The translations under genes and the position numbers were made by a program. Below, piece by piece: positions 49,421 through 63,100 of a stretch of DNA of 64,000 nt. Positions within the stretch are counted from its first letter, which is position 1; every line of letters starts with the position of its first letter. The notes beneath the pieces were generated by a model that had not been told where the DNA came from, searched no databases, and saw only the letters and a program-made list of their open reading frames with translations. The stretch is taken from NCBI GenBank assembly GCA_964276515.1, contig OZ193909.1, positions 2,542,001-2,606,000 of the forward strand. Direction: 5' to 3'. This stretch comes from Gordius albopunctatus (lineage: Eukaryota).

Positions 49421-52400
49421 TTATTCAAATCCAGCTTTTAAATCTCTGAAGCCCGTAGGATCTTCCTTCTCGTAAGTTTCTAATTGATTTTCCATCGGTT
49501 CAGGCACTATTTCTTCTGGAATGCATAATATGAGTTTTTGGACGCAGTCATTAAATTTCTCTATTTTAAATATAAAACGAAAAAGAAATAATATTATAAA
49601 AGAATTCTGTAGTTTTGTGGTGATAAATAGGTTACACATTATTGAATTAAATTAATTTTTAAATGTCTTGTACCGATGGCTCGATTGAAAAAGGCTGGCT
49701 TGTTTTGCCAATAGCAAAACAAGAAGTAGATTGGTAGTCCCAGGAGAATGATTAGGGCCCCGAAAGCTAATGCAAATTAATGATATTTTTAAGAAATAAA
49801 TATCAACGTATATATTTGTTTTTAATACAAAAAAATTTGGCATTATAAAAACTAGAGGATAAAGTGTTAAAAGTCCTATTTTAATTAAAAAAATAATGTA
49901 ATCAGATAAAAATCACCAAATATTATGTTGAGAACTTTAGTGATTTAGTTAAATTTTAAAGTTCTTCAAATTAAATCTTATAATATTTAAAGTAAGTTTT
50001 GCTACAAATAATCGTAAAAAAATATGTTGAAAAATATAATAAGTAATAACCAGTGTTGAGGAAATCGTCGTATATCGGCATGACGATGAGGAAAATGGTC
50101 AAGATGATGTAGAGTATGGGCCAAATCAAGTTAACCTTTTACAAAACACAAGCACAATTGGAAAGTAATTAGTTGAAGATTTTTCAAAAAAATATAATAC
50201 GTTAATGAATTTACAAAAAATATGTATAGCAATCCCAACAATGAATGTTTAAGCTATTAAGGACAAGCGTATTTTTCAATGCAAACTTAATGTACTTTAA
50301 GCCATAAAACCATGATATGGAAAAGATGTCTACCAAAAATCATTATTAATTTGCATACATTCCACTACTATAATATAACGGAAACGATAGTTTAGTAAAT
50401 TAGCTCTAAACCATGCAAAAAAACGTGAGAAAAAATATATATCTTTTAACGAGGTAAAATTGTGGAATATAGTCGCATGCTAATTTCTAGAAGGAGACTT
50501 ACACTGAGATTTGAGATATGAACTAGTGTTGCAAAACCGGCTGGGTATTGTTTGGTCGACCTTTGGTGTCAGCTGACTAAAGATTAGGTCCGTTTTTCTT
50601 AGTGAACCTTAGTTGAACGAAAGGAAGACCAAACAAAACCCAGCTTTAAAATAATTATTTATAACTCTAGACCTGTGATGAGTTATTTCAAAATTTCCTC
50701 GCAAACATACACATAGAGCTAGGTGGTGCGAATAAAAACATTTCAATCCCTTTTCACATTTAAACAAGTGTAAATTCGCGAGCTATCAGCAAAAGAATGT
50801 CTCAACTTTTCGGTGCTTTTAATCAAAATTAATATGCGCAAAAAAGTGGTAGGGGTATGTGTAAGGACTAAACAGTAGGTGGCAGGCAGCAGTGGGTACC
50901 TTGATGGGCCGGGGGGCGTTCGGGTATTTTTTGCGGAGATAAAGTAAAGCTACGACGGCACCTCCTATGGCTAACCAATTGGCGAAACTCACGTAGGTAA
51001 TGAGGAGTCCCACGCTCTCCCAACTCAAGTATATGATGGAGAGTAGTGCCTGTACATTCGGGAATAAAACGCAGTAAAATAAGGTTCACACACACAGAGT
51101 AGGAAATAGTGGATTCCTACTAAATATAATAGGGCAATATTTTTTTAATACTATCAACAACTCGTGTTGTAAAGACGGCCGTATTTCGATTGGTCGACCT
51201 TTGGTTTCAGTCGACTAAACATAGAAAGACAGACCAAAGGTCTAAACAAAACTCAGGCCTTTTTACAACTCTACTATCTAGAGTTGTTTAGTTGCTAACT
51301 CTCTTCAAACTCCAGACGCGAGCACGCACACTGAGTTGCTTAATGCACGTTAGCACAATATGTGCTCGCTGTTCGTAGCACTAGGAAGCACATTAGCATA
51401 TAAAAATGCTCGAGGGCCGAGCAGAAACTGGAGCAGGTGGGGTAGCTGGAGTTGAAGAAAGTTAGTAATTTAACAACTCTACTACTATCAACTAAAAATA
51501 ATACATATATGTAGGATATACAAAAACGATTATAAAATAAAAAACAACAGATCCTCTCATGGGCGGAGCAGGGTAGGGTGGCTGCCCCAATAATTTTGAA
51601 AAAATTAATAAAATTTTTCAAAATTATGCTTAAAATTCAAAAAATGATCATTTTGCCGCCCCCTCTAACTCCAATACTGCCTGCGCCCACGAGTCCTCTT
51701 AAATGGGGTGTTTTTACTGCTTATGGGTTTGCCCTAAAGCTTTATGTATGTTTGAAGGCAGCAGGCAGAGTTGTTAAATTGCTACCTTTCTTCAACTCCA
51801 GCTACCATCTCCTCGAGTTTCTGCTCAGCCCTCGAGCATTTTTATACGCTACTGTCTGTACATAGTGCACCGAACAGCCAGCACATATTGTGCTAACGTG
51901 CATTAAGCAACTCAGTGTGCGTGCTCGCGTCTGGAGTTTGAAGAAAGTTAGCAATTTAATTAACAATTCTAGAAGGCAGTTTCAATCTATAAGTTTGGGG
52001 AAAGGGCAATAATCAACTGACATTTAAAAAATAATGTGAAAGATATTGGAATAAAAAGATATTAAACTTACAAATGTCTAAAGAGATATATATTTCAGTG
52101 CTTTAAAAAGCATGATTTCAATATTTAAGAAAGTTTTCAGGAGTAATAAAGGCCGTTTAGCTTTAAGGAACGTGATTCAATGAGATAAAAAAAAATTAAG
52201 CCAATTTAAAAATAGTCATTTTTTAAAATACTCTCTTAATAACTTAAAAATTGCATAGCAATTAAAATATAACCTTAAACGAGTTAATTGGACATTATAT
52301 TTGACAAATAAAATAAACAAAAAAAAATAATTGGATGTTTCAGCTTTCAAATGAAAATACCGTAAATAAAACGGCTGGAATGGGGGTGAGATGCTCGATG

Positions 52401-55400
52401 TTAATCATCGTCAAGCATTTAGGCATTTGATGCTCTCTCGCACCAACGTAGTATAATCTAACACAAATTTGAATTATAAACGCAAAATATGATTTATTAA
52501 AATGATTTAGTTTTATAATATTTAGTCTCCAACAAGGAAATCATTAAACAAAGTCCAAATATAATGGTAAATCGGTAAAACAACCAAAGAGATACCAAGC
52601 TTTTGTGTCCTTTAAAATAATAGACTTTTAAGACCTATATTTGCTTTTCTTTTATCTGAGATAGATGAAAATCTGATAAAAAGCAAGGTTTAAATAACTT
52701 TTTTAATTACCTTAATAAACTCAGTATACTTGCGTGAGGTATTAGGTACTTATAGCTTTAATAACCAATTTTTAGATAGCCCCAACAAATTTTTGAATTT
52801 ACTTTAATACAAATTTGCTAAGGCTTGACGATTTCAAAATGGGGCTGATATTAGTGGCGATTGATTTTAATGTATCGATCAATATACCTGGATGAGGTAA
52901 AGAGGATACTATTGACGGTCCCAAAACAGGATAAGGCGATGAAGATGGGAGCGACCCAATAGAATCTCCCGTAGAGTCTTTGAGCAAAAAGCTGTTGAAA
53001 TTTTATATTTAAAATTATAGAGCAAATAAATAAAATCTATAAAAGATTCGAGCAATGATATTAATTAGTTTTACCAGTATATTCTATATTTCCTCGTATG
53101 AGTGGCTCTTAATTTATATTTTATAGATATATCCACTTTTAATTATTCTACGAGTATTTATTTTAAAATTCAATAGTAAACTAAATCGATTGATTAAAAA
53201 AGTGTGAAATTCGCAAACAAAATTATTTTTACACAAAGTAGTAACATAATCGTCTGCTTTTTCGAATCGACAAATTATTATTAAACAATGATTACTCCCT
53301 AAAATTGTTTAACTTACTATGGCAATGGCATTCGTGTTCATTAGATCGGAAGGTTTGATGACGGTAAAATATGCGACATTAATCAGGACATAGATGAGAG
53401 TGACCATAACTAAGGAAATCCAAACTGATCTCGGTAAATTTCTATATTCATTAAATTCATAATTTTTAAAGGTTAATAATTAGAGGAAAAAATTCAACAA
53501 TTTGGATCATGGGTGTAGCCAGGGGGGGGCAATGGGGTGGGGTGTCCGCCTCTCCCCCCTATGACAAAAAAAAGTTTCAAATGCAAAAACCCTTAAAAAT
53601 TAAAAATATCTCCCCCCTCCCAATCCAAAACCTTACTAAGCCCATGATCTGGATTTAACTAGCTTAGATCTTATTCTTAATTTTATCAATTAATTGTGGC
53701 AAAAAATATAGAATTTAAATTAGAATTATTGTACTTGTAGGGATCTTTCAACTCTTCTACCACCATGTTAAGGTAAGTCCTATATGATATTATAAATGAT
53801 AGATTCAAATATTTTTGGCTCGGTATTCTGTAAATTAAATTAATAGCATAATTATAATTCTCTAGTTTATATTTAAAGTCATGCTGCAAGTCAGTGAATC
53901 CAAGCGCTCTAATAACAATTAAAAAATAACTAAAAAATTAAAGATTTTTAAATTACATCAAACATTTTAAATGTGAGCTTTCGACAAGACAGTAATTTCA
54001 CAATTAAAAATGTTTATTTGTGCAGGTGATGTCAAGGTTTAAAGTTAAACACATTATGAATTAATTAAAACACTCTTGAAACAATCGTGCGCGTTATAAA
54101 TAACGCCAAAAAATTGGAAAATTACCCCGAGGGGACGATTTGACAATTTATGCTATAAAAAACATAGCATATAACAAAAAATCCCCTAAACACCCCAGAT
54201 AAATGTGCTTCGTCAAGTTAATCAACAACAAAAATCATTGGCATTAGCATACAACTAGTAGTGAGTGAAAAATTGGATATTTTCATTTACGACTAAAGTC
54301 ATATACATAATTATAAATTGTTTTACATATAATCACCGAGATCGACTAAAGTTTTTTGTGGTTAACATTGTAGTAATTGCTAGCGGTTTTAGTTTCAAAA
54401 GCAACATTTTGATGTTAATCCAAAATTTTATGATGATTAAAAATTGTATGTGTCCTTAAATCAACCGCATTATACTGGTTTTTGACCTCGACCCATGGGC
54501 GTAGCCAAGGAGGAGGGGGGGCAGGGATGGACGGCTGCCCCCTCTAAATTTAAAATTTGTTAAAACTTTGGCTAAAATTTCAAAAAAATGATCGTTTTGC
54601 CCCTCCCTAATTCAAATGCTCGCCACGCCCATGCCTCGACCGATTCAAACGAGCCAAAATAACATATTAATAGTTTTGGGATTTAAACATATCACCCATC
54701 GTTAGTTTCAAAAATTTGAACCTTCGGTTTCCATTTAATTTACAGGGGCCATCAAACAAACATGAGACAAAATGTTGAAATTAAAAGATTTTTAGCTTTT
54801 CCTAAAAAAACTGTCGTTTGGTAAAACCCATAGCCATAAATTAATATACACAAAGGGGCGTAACGATGGACAGCGCAAAACGAATCTGGTGCAAAATGTA
54901 ATATGTGCAAAATCTAATAATGTAATATTCGCATTTTAGAAATTGAGACCGGTTTTCACGCATATTCATACGCATGTAATATGTACTAAAAAACTACGTA
55001 ATAAGAGGATACTATAATTGTTAATTGAAACAAAATAAGTTATATCAAAATGTATAATACTATTTTATAAATAAATACATATTATCAAATAAATCACTGA
55101 ATCTAACCCTAACCCTTGCCTATATTACATTTTGCACATATTACATTTTGCACAGAAGTGCGCAAAACAGTTTTTTCCGTAGAGGTGTGACGTAGACGTG
55201 CGTAGCTAGAGTTGTTAAATTGCTAACTTTCTTGAAACTCCAGACGCGAGCACGCACACTGAGTTGCTTAATATAGGCGTTAGCACAATATGAGCTCGCT
55301 GTTCGGTGCACTAGGCGGAGCAGTAGCATATAAAAATGCTCGAGGGCCGAGCAGAAACTCGAGCAGATGGTAGCTGGAGTTGAAGGAAGTTAGCAATTTA

Positions 55401-58013
55401 ACAACTCTATGCGTAGCAATGAATTTAATAAAACGAGGGGGTAATGATGAGTCGGACGCGAATACAATAGTGGAATTGGGCTCGGGGGAGAGCGAAAAAA
55501 ATTGAAACCAATCAGCGGTCGTCATTAGCTAGTCTATATGCAAAAATGATATAATCAAGTTTTGACAGAAGCACAAGTTTCCGGCCAGTAAAAAACCCCA
55601 AAAACTTTCCACAGCGATTGTGGTGTTAATAATAATTACGCATTGGACATGACGGGACGGACGCACAACCAAAAGTGAGCCCATAAATTGCAAAGCAATT
55701 AATAGATAATTGTAAAGTAGATGCAGGCATTAACTTTGTGACTCAATTGCGACAGATAATAAATTTGTCCAACTTTGAAAGCATTTTTAAAGCATAAATT
55801 GTCTAGCGAATAGCAATTAATAAATCGATGGAGGGAAAAGGACTTACCAGCCGTTGTATGAGAAGAGGGAGAAGTAAAAGGATGAAGCTATAACGAACGG
55901 GTTTGTGATACTGCCTTCGAAGGGGTTTTTAAAATTTTCCGTATGTCCTAAATACAATGAACATTGCAAAATTAAAATGATAAAATTTTTTTAGGAAAAG
56001 CTGTGCATTGATCAACAGATGATTTGTGAAGCCAAAAAATTAAGCCTTCAAATTTTAAAGGAAGCATATATATATATATATATAATTTTTAAAGGTTGGC
56101 AGATGTGTTCTTCAAATAAATGTGTAGTTAGTAATTCAGGTGAAAAGAGCTATTAAATTTCACCCAAACCGATGTAATAACGCCTTTCACATTTATTTTA
56201 GTTACAGACGAACTACTATAAAATTGCGTATATAAAAAGTTTCAAATGAAGCGAGGTGAATAGATAAAATTCCTCGCATTCTTCTATGTAATGTATAGTG
56301 TTGTAAGAACGCCTGGGTTATGTTTGGTCGACTAAACTTAAACAGACCAATGCTGTTTTGCTCTGTTTTTCGTAGTCGACCTCTAGGCTTGGTCGAAATT
56401 TGAAAGATAGCCCAGCGCCAGAAGCAACCGTTTAAGTAAGACCAAAAGTCGAGACCTGCAGTTTTTACACTAGTTCTACGCTATCTTTCATTAGCACTTG
56501 GACGCGCATCATGGATGCCGCCAGGATTCGATTTAGAGAAGGGCAATAATGATTTAGGGGGGGGTGGGAAAAATGATAATTTTTAATCATTTAAGTCATA
56601 TTTATATTATATTTTAAAGAAGTTTTAAAAAAGTTTAACGCAGCAAAAGTTTTTAAAAATTACACGTAAACACACGGAGCATCGTGTACCGACTGATGTA
56701 ATGTCTTTTTTATCAAAAAAAAAAACGTTCACTGCGCTATTTTGGATAAACGCAACAAATTATGGTCATTTTGAGGTCATTAATATTCCCCGTAGGCGTT
56801 ACACATTTAAATTTGACCACTATCGCTGTAATTTAAAATAGGTCTAATGCAACTAAAACAATTTTATCAAACACTTTTTGCTCTTTAATCAAAATTAATT
56901 TGGTATTTCATCTAGTTATAAAGCATTTTGGTCAAGAATATTGTATTCTAGGTGTATGGGGGCACACAAAATAAATATTTCCTAATCTCAATAAACCTTA
57001 TTTTAGATAGCCTTGCTTAATCCAGTAGGGTTAAAATAAATTATTGTAATAGGTCAATACTGTTTCTGGTATAAAAAGATGAGAAAAATAATAATTTAAT
57101 ACTTGAAAAATGAGTTGATTAACAATATTTTAAAATAAAAATGGCTAGTGCAAATTCATAGTCATTAAAGAGATACTATTAAATTAAGAATTCACAATAT
57201 TTAAATGAACGATTTAATTGGCTTAAGCTTTTTAAGCAACAAAGCAATAATTTGGAAGGATATAAAAGCATGCTAAAATATATAATTATGATATAATTTA
57301 TGCACTTGCAATGCTAAATTACTTTTACCATAAAACTTTCTAACTATCCATTATAAGATGAACATATATACTAACCAATAATATTTATGTGTGACTTTAT
57401 ATATAAATATATATATGTATTACCTTGAAAAAGGGCAACAATTCCAGAAAGAATAATTATTGCAAAGGATAACAATTTTGCATATGTTAGAATATCTTGC
57501 AATCTAGCAGAAGCTTTAACACTCCAACAATTAAGAAATGTCAAAAATACTAAATAATGTAAATAAATCAAGAATTGTGAAAAAATTCTTACAAATTAGG
57601 ACTAAAGCTAATAATTTAGTTTGATATTTGAAGGGTTCACATGTTTCATATAATGGCTTTAGAATGTTTTCAGCAAAAACTAGTGCAACTATTGCTTGTG
57701 AAGCTGGCCTCACTATAATAGCATCCACCCAAAGCCTCAAAAACGCCAAAATCGGCCCAAATGCTACAAGAATATAAGCATAATCGGCACCAGATTTTGT
57801 AATCATAGTTCCTAGCTCTGTAAAGCAATGGGCACCAATTAAAGAAAATATTCCAGACATGGTCCATATTAAAAGAGAGATTCCAACACTTTGTGTTTTT
57901 TTAGCAACTTCTGCCGGAGATATAAAAATTCCGGAACCAATAATCCCATTTATAATGATACTTATGCCGTTGATTAATCCCAAATTCTTTTCTAACTTAA
58001 CTTGTTTCGTCAT
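49421..58013 (-). CDS. SLC7 family L-type / y+L amino-acid transporter light chain (LAT-like), 11 exons, ~494 aa
   Basis: Exons 58013-57593, 57549-57424, 55947-55848, 53779-53735, 53441-53318, 52991-52888, 52457-52361, 51049-50900, 50135-50051, 49766-49674 and 49560-49421 join in frame. Motifs IIGSGIFISP, ELGTMITKSGADYAY, the extracellular Cys for heavy-chain linkage (KPLYETCEP), [41 protein letters not shown] and LRKKYPNAPRPIKV. The exact SLC7A5/6/7/8 orthology cannot be determined by eye. Confidence 0.94.
51279..51481 (-). mobile_element. 203-bp MITE family B (reverse orientation)
   Basis: TIRs as above; perfect TSD CTACTATC; abuts the end of a family C copy (~51162-51273). Confidence 0.9.
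51766..51971 (+). mobile_element. MITE family B
   Basis: Same interior as the other copies. GAAGGCAG lies on both sides (51754-51761, 51972-51979), with a slightly rearranged left end. Confidence 0.85.
53508..53646. mobile_element. MITE family A variant (different interior, also at ~41817-41911)
   Basis: CATGGGTGTAGCC..TAAGCCCATG ends; TSD ATTTGGAT/ATCTGGAT (7/8). The interior ATGACAAAAAAAA..TGCAAAAACCC..AAAAATTAAAAA is shared with 41841-41890. Confidence 0.75.
54494..54633 (-). mobile_element. MITE family A
   Basis: TIR CATGGGCGT..ACGCCCATG; perfect TSD CCTCGACC (54486-54493, 54634-54641). Confidence 0.88.
54882..55159. mobile_element. Small TIR element with a 9-bp TSD (Mutator-like)
   Basis: Inverted arms GTGCAAAATGTAATATGTGCAAAAT / ATTACATTTTGCACATATTACATTTTGCAC; direct repeat GCGCAAAAC at 54873-54881 and 55160-55168; internal CTAACCCTAACCC. 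Confidence 0.65.
55207..55409 (-). mobile_element. 203-bp MITE family B (reverse orientation)
   Basis: TIRs as above; perfect TSD TGCGTAGC (55199-55206, 55410-55417). Confidence 0.92.
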
Positions 58014-60197
58014 TTTACAATAAAAATATTCAAATTTTTGAAACTTGCGGGTTAAGGTAGATTAGATACCAATATGTGTTAATGGCGCTTCTGCTCAAAA
58101 AGACAATCGTCCATAATGCCAATGCTTTAAAGCCAATGGCTAAACCAACAGAAAGTTACCAATGCAAAATTAATTTAAAACATAGTCCTTATTCTACTGT
58201 TATTGAATAATATTATAAGTACAATAAGTACACATATATAAGATAATCATTATAATAAAATTAACTGTATAATGAGCTATTAATTAAAAATAATAGAGTT
58301 ATTGGCGTTGTGGATGATTGGCATTTATGAATGGGATTCTTTAATGGCTTAGCATATATTTAGTCGTGTTATATAGTTTAGTTCGCCTTAATTAAATCTT
58401 ATCAGTTTATAAAATACTTCCCCTACAGTTTTAATAATTATAATAGATTGTGGCTTTCTGTCGATTGTATTTAGCTTTAAATATTTTTTCTTTTATAAAA
58501 GGCATCCATTGAGGGTAATATCCACTTATTGCGAATTATAAAGTAATTTTCTAAATTCCTTTGCAATTATTCTATTCTTGTTATATTTTACATCAATCTA
58601 CTTTATAAAATTAATTAAAAGGGGTTTTACGTCTAGCCATATGGACACCCAAAACTAAAAATAATCAGATAATACCAATTGCCAACAACGTAAAGATTTG
58701 CATCTCGTAAAGCTCGACACCCTGAGTGCCCATCTAGGTAGTTGAGGTGAGTATTGTTTTTCATTTTTTGTTTTGGTCAAACATATAAATTAAAAAGTTA
58801 TGATTTTTAATAAAATAATGGTTTGTCATTCGACTAATTCGTTCAATTTATTAAACCGATACGATCGTAGAGGATCTTCTTTTTTCCTACCTAAAATTGT
58901 TATGAAATTACCCCCATGTCTGTTCCTGAGGGCTATTTGTTCTGACGTGCCCCTTAAAAGAGCATTTTACATTGTTTTTGTATTTGTTATAAGGCTTGGG
59001 GTTAACTTTAATAAGCCTTGTGATATAAATAGTCAATAACACTTTTCACTCAATTACAATTTGAACTTTATCCGTGTTAATACCTATGCCCTCGTTGTTA
59101 GTCATAATCTACGAAGATTACCTTCTTAGCCCAAAACACATTTTTGGCTATGTTGACCACTAAAATTAAATCCAAAAGCAACCGTTTTTTGTACCCTTAG
59201 TTTATTCTGACACTAATACATCAAAGCATTGTTTAGTCTAATCCGGCTTAGTTCAATAAACGAATTAAACTCAATTGAAAATACATCTTTGCCCGCGGAG
59301 CGGCCCACCCAGAGTCCTTCATTAATTGTATCTTATGAAATGCGTCTCTCTCGGGCTAGCTGCAGTTTTATGTCCACGATCAGCATACTTGTTTTATTAA
59401 GGCCTATTAAAGATTTATTAGGCGGCTACCTGAGGCCCTAAATTGGTTCATGAATTATTTCAGATAGCACTTTAATGAATTTGCAGGTTTGGGTTAAGCA
59501 TAGTACAATCCCGATGAAATTTATTTTTTAAGCTCGCCGGCTTTCCACTATAAGTCTCACAGAATAGATTCAATATTAATACTATTTGAGCCTTTTCTTA
59601 CGGCTCCATAAACGCAATTTACAGTAATTTTATTATAAAGTTGTAATGTGTTAAGGAAAGGATGGGAGGGCAATAATTTACAACTGATTTTTGCCGAATG
59701 TATTATAATTTACGATAATTCATTTGTACACGGGCTTTGGCAATTTATAATATCTCTTTGTATTAAGGCATGGGCAATTTACAATACTTATTCGCAAAAG
59801 GAGTTTAAAAATTTAGAATATTTTCTTTGCAGCTGTACATAAAAACAAAACGTATATGTAGCTGGAGGCAGGGTTGAGGAATTAGAAACAGAGGGTTTAC
59901 TTTAAACACCCAAAAGGTTTAAGGTTAACTTAATTAATATCATAAAAGTAGGATTCGTTGGATATCAAAAAATTTCAATTTTTTTAAACCATTTATATAT
60001 AAATTTAAGACGGGCCTAAAACGTACAACTGATAAAAACAAAGTATGGACATTTTTACAAAAATTTATTATAACATTTTATTGCTTTTCCGGTGAAAATT
60101 ATGGTAATAACGCAAAGAAATGGGCAAAAATATTTTATTCATTTCCAAAAATCATATATGTATATATAAATATATATATCAGATTCTAATGGCAAAA

Positions 60198-63100
60198 TTA
60201 TTCTCCATTTGAATCACTCTCAGACCCATAATCTATATATATAAATGATTATTAATGTGAAAACAACAAGTAAAGGTAATAAAATTCATCATTCTTCAAA
60301 GTATCATTTATTACCAGTCAAACCGGGAAGTAAAAGTTGTACCGGAGGTTGAGGTTTTTCAACGCTTTCTTTTTTAGAAGCCTTAACCTCTACAAATTAT
60401 GAGAAACATTTATTGTACATATAAATGATGGGCTAGACGCATCATAGGCTAACAGTTCTATGGACTAACGAACAGCTGATAATTATCAAGTAACAATTAT
60501 GGCCTCCATGTTTGAGCCACATTAACAAGCTTAATCTCATTCATTTTTCCAAATAGTTCAATGTTAAAATTAAATTAAAATTTCCAATAGCTGTTTGTCA
60601 CACTAAGGTGGTCAGCTTCTTTAGATATTTGGATGAGGGGTGACGCTGTTCGGCTATCCAAGGCCTAACAGTCGTTTCGATATTTTTACATCTTTTTAAA
60701 ATAAAGTGCTGAAAAGGGGATTTGAACCCGCTAGCTTTGTTCAAAAAAGCCTCTACCAACTACGCCCCCACGGCCCCACTTCCCTGTTAAACTTAAATAT
60801 CTTTTTTGCCTAACTTGCAATTTTTCACCCCACAAATGCGGATTTTAATAAACAGTCACCAAAAATGTCAACCCAAGTTACTCAAAAATCTGCTTTTAGC
60901 CAGTCTATTATGCTTTTCAGTCTATTGGTAACATATACCTTTCTCGCCGATATAGACTCGTTTACGTTTCGTCGTTTTGGATAAGGAAGGAATCAATTGA
61001 GGAACTTTAAAAGTAAAGTCGTCACCAACCTTGGGGGTACTGTAAAAATATTTAGTGCTGAAAGTCGATTAATTTAAAAAACTTGTGGTTGCTCTGTGTA
61101 GACGAAACATTTTGAGAGTTTGGTATTGTAGTATTTTCTGATTTTTTCCCCTAAATTAATAAAATAAAATTTAACATATTACTAGGATAAAAAGTGCAAA
61201 AAAGTTAGGTTTAATTTATTTATTAAACCAACGGTTCAAAAATAAATCGAATATACTTCTACTACAGAGTGTTCCTTTTCATTTTCCGACTCAATTTTCT
61301 TAGAAGTTCCCAAAAAACTATCTTCTGTATCGATCTCTTTTTCAGATTGATGAACATGTGAATCTGTTCCATAATCTAATTTTTCTTTATCACTATGGTG
61401 ATCTAATAAACATATGATAAATTCAGTTAATAAGACATATAACAAAAAAAGTAGATAAAATTAATTTATTTAAAGCGTAGTTACTATAGGTAATGGGTGA
61501 ATTAATTTGGGTTGTAACAGACAATGGGTACATGGTTGAATAACTTGAAATAGGGAGTGGGTAAGCTGTGGGAATTTGGGAGGGTGGGCTACTTGTATTG
61601 TCGTAGGCAAATGGCACAGCTCTAAACTTTGATTTTGAAGGAAGATTGTTGCTGTCATTAATCACTCTACCCATGCCCGCCTCAGGTCTGAGAGTAAAAT
61701 TATTAACTAAAAATGGATTATAGAAATATATATACGATGTTGGATGAAGTTGTACAAATATGATAAATAAATAATTCATATTTAGTTCTGAAAATGTAAA
61801 GAAAACCCAATTAAAACATTATAATATGTGCATACATATTATATCTTTTTAGCTTTCAAACATCCAATATGGTACACATAAAAATATAATTGGCTAATTT
61901 CAATCCTTTGTAATATAATAGTTGTTGTAACAAGGGGTAAAGTTGAAATGATAAAATTAGTAGGCGAGAAGAAAATCATACGTTAAGAGTTTTTTTGATA
62001 TTTTACAGACAAAATTTAAATAACTATAACCTGAATTGGGTGGAGGTGGAATGGAGAACATATTAGCCATAGGGGGAAATGGAGGTAAGATATTGGGTAA
62101 GTTGAAGAAAGGCTGATTCATATTCATCGTATACGGATTGGTAAAATTAGTTGGTTGAGCTGGCATGGCATAAGGTGGTGGTGTTTGTTGGTGAATTGTG
62201 TATTTTGTGTGAACCTTATGACCAATGAGGTTTATATAAAATTTAGTTAAATCCTTAAAATATGTGATTACCAAACATAACAAAATTTAAATGAATAGCA
62301 AATACATACAAATCTATACTATTCTGTGCAAAATTACAAATAGTTTAGGTTGGTATCAGGATGTTAATGTTCAAATGCATTAAAGCAAATTAATTCATTG
62401 ACCCATTAAGATGTCACACTATCTTTTTAAAAGTCCCCTCTTTTACAAAAAAATGAAACCATTTAATTAGCAAAATCTCATCTGACATTTAATAAGAATC
62501 AAATTTGATAATATCAAAAGACTAAATATGATGGCTTCGTGTATGATAATTTTAACAATTAGCCTTTAATGTGTTGAATCAAGAATTAACTAAATGTGTA
62601 AAATTAAAATATTAAATTTTTTAAAAAACAAACATCAATCTAATATATAATAAAAACTATAAGTTCTTCAAGTTTCTTATAAAAGAAATTTTATATGATA
62701 AAAACAGGCAACAATTTACTGTATCTATCAGATTTTGTGCCAATTTTTTTGCTGCTTCCACACCCTCTTTGGTACTAGACCTATGGCAAAAAATATTTTA
62801 GGTGTAAATCTTTATGTAGAAATTTACATAATATGGATGTGCAAAGGTTCCCAGGCTTCTTTGCCTGAAGCGGGTTCCAGAAAACCAGAGCCTTTTCCAC
62901 GTATTGATATAGTTGCACCTGTTTGTTTTCTAATATGGTCCAAATAACAACTCTAACATTAACAAAATTAACATAATACTATTTATTGGGGATATTTGTG
63001 AATTATATATTTCAAAAATAATAAAAAATTTGAATCAATACTAATAAAAGAATTGTAAGCTCAAGTTAGTTATTAAATAATAATCAGCACACTCCTTGAT

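Noticed and set aside
55102..55114. Telomere-like CTAACCCTAACCC (also TTAGGG near 538 and 10147)
   Set aside because: Only about two units, embedded in or beside repeats; not a telomeric array.
33741..55525. Similar short ORFs at 33741, 51340, 51578, 55141 and 55280 (RVVKLL..FNSSYHLLEFLL)
   Set aside because: Translations of family B MITE copies, not a protein family.
58110..58345. Cluster of CCAAT/ATTGG motifs upstream of the SLC7 start
   Set aside because: Could be NF-Y boxes, but the inverted arrangement also fits a degraded repeat, and the transcription start is unknown.
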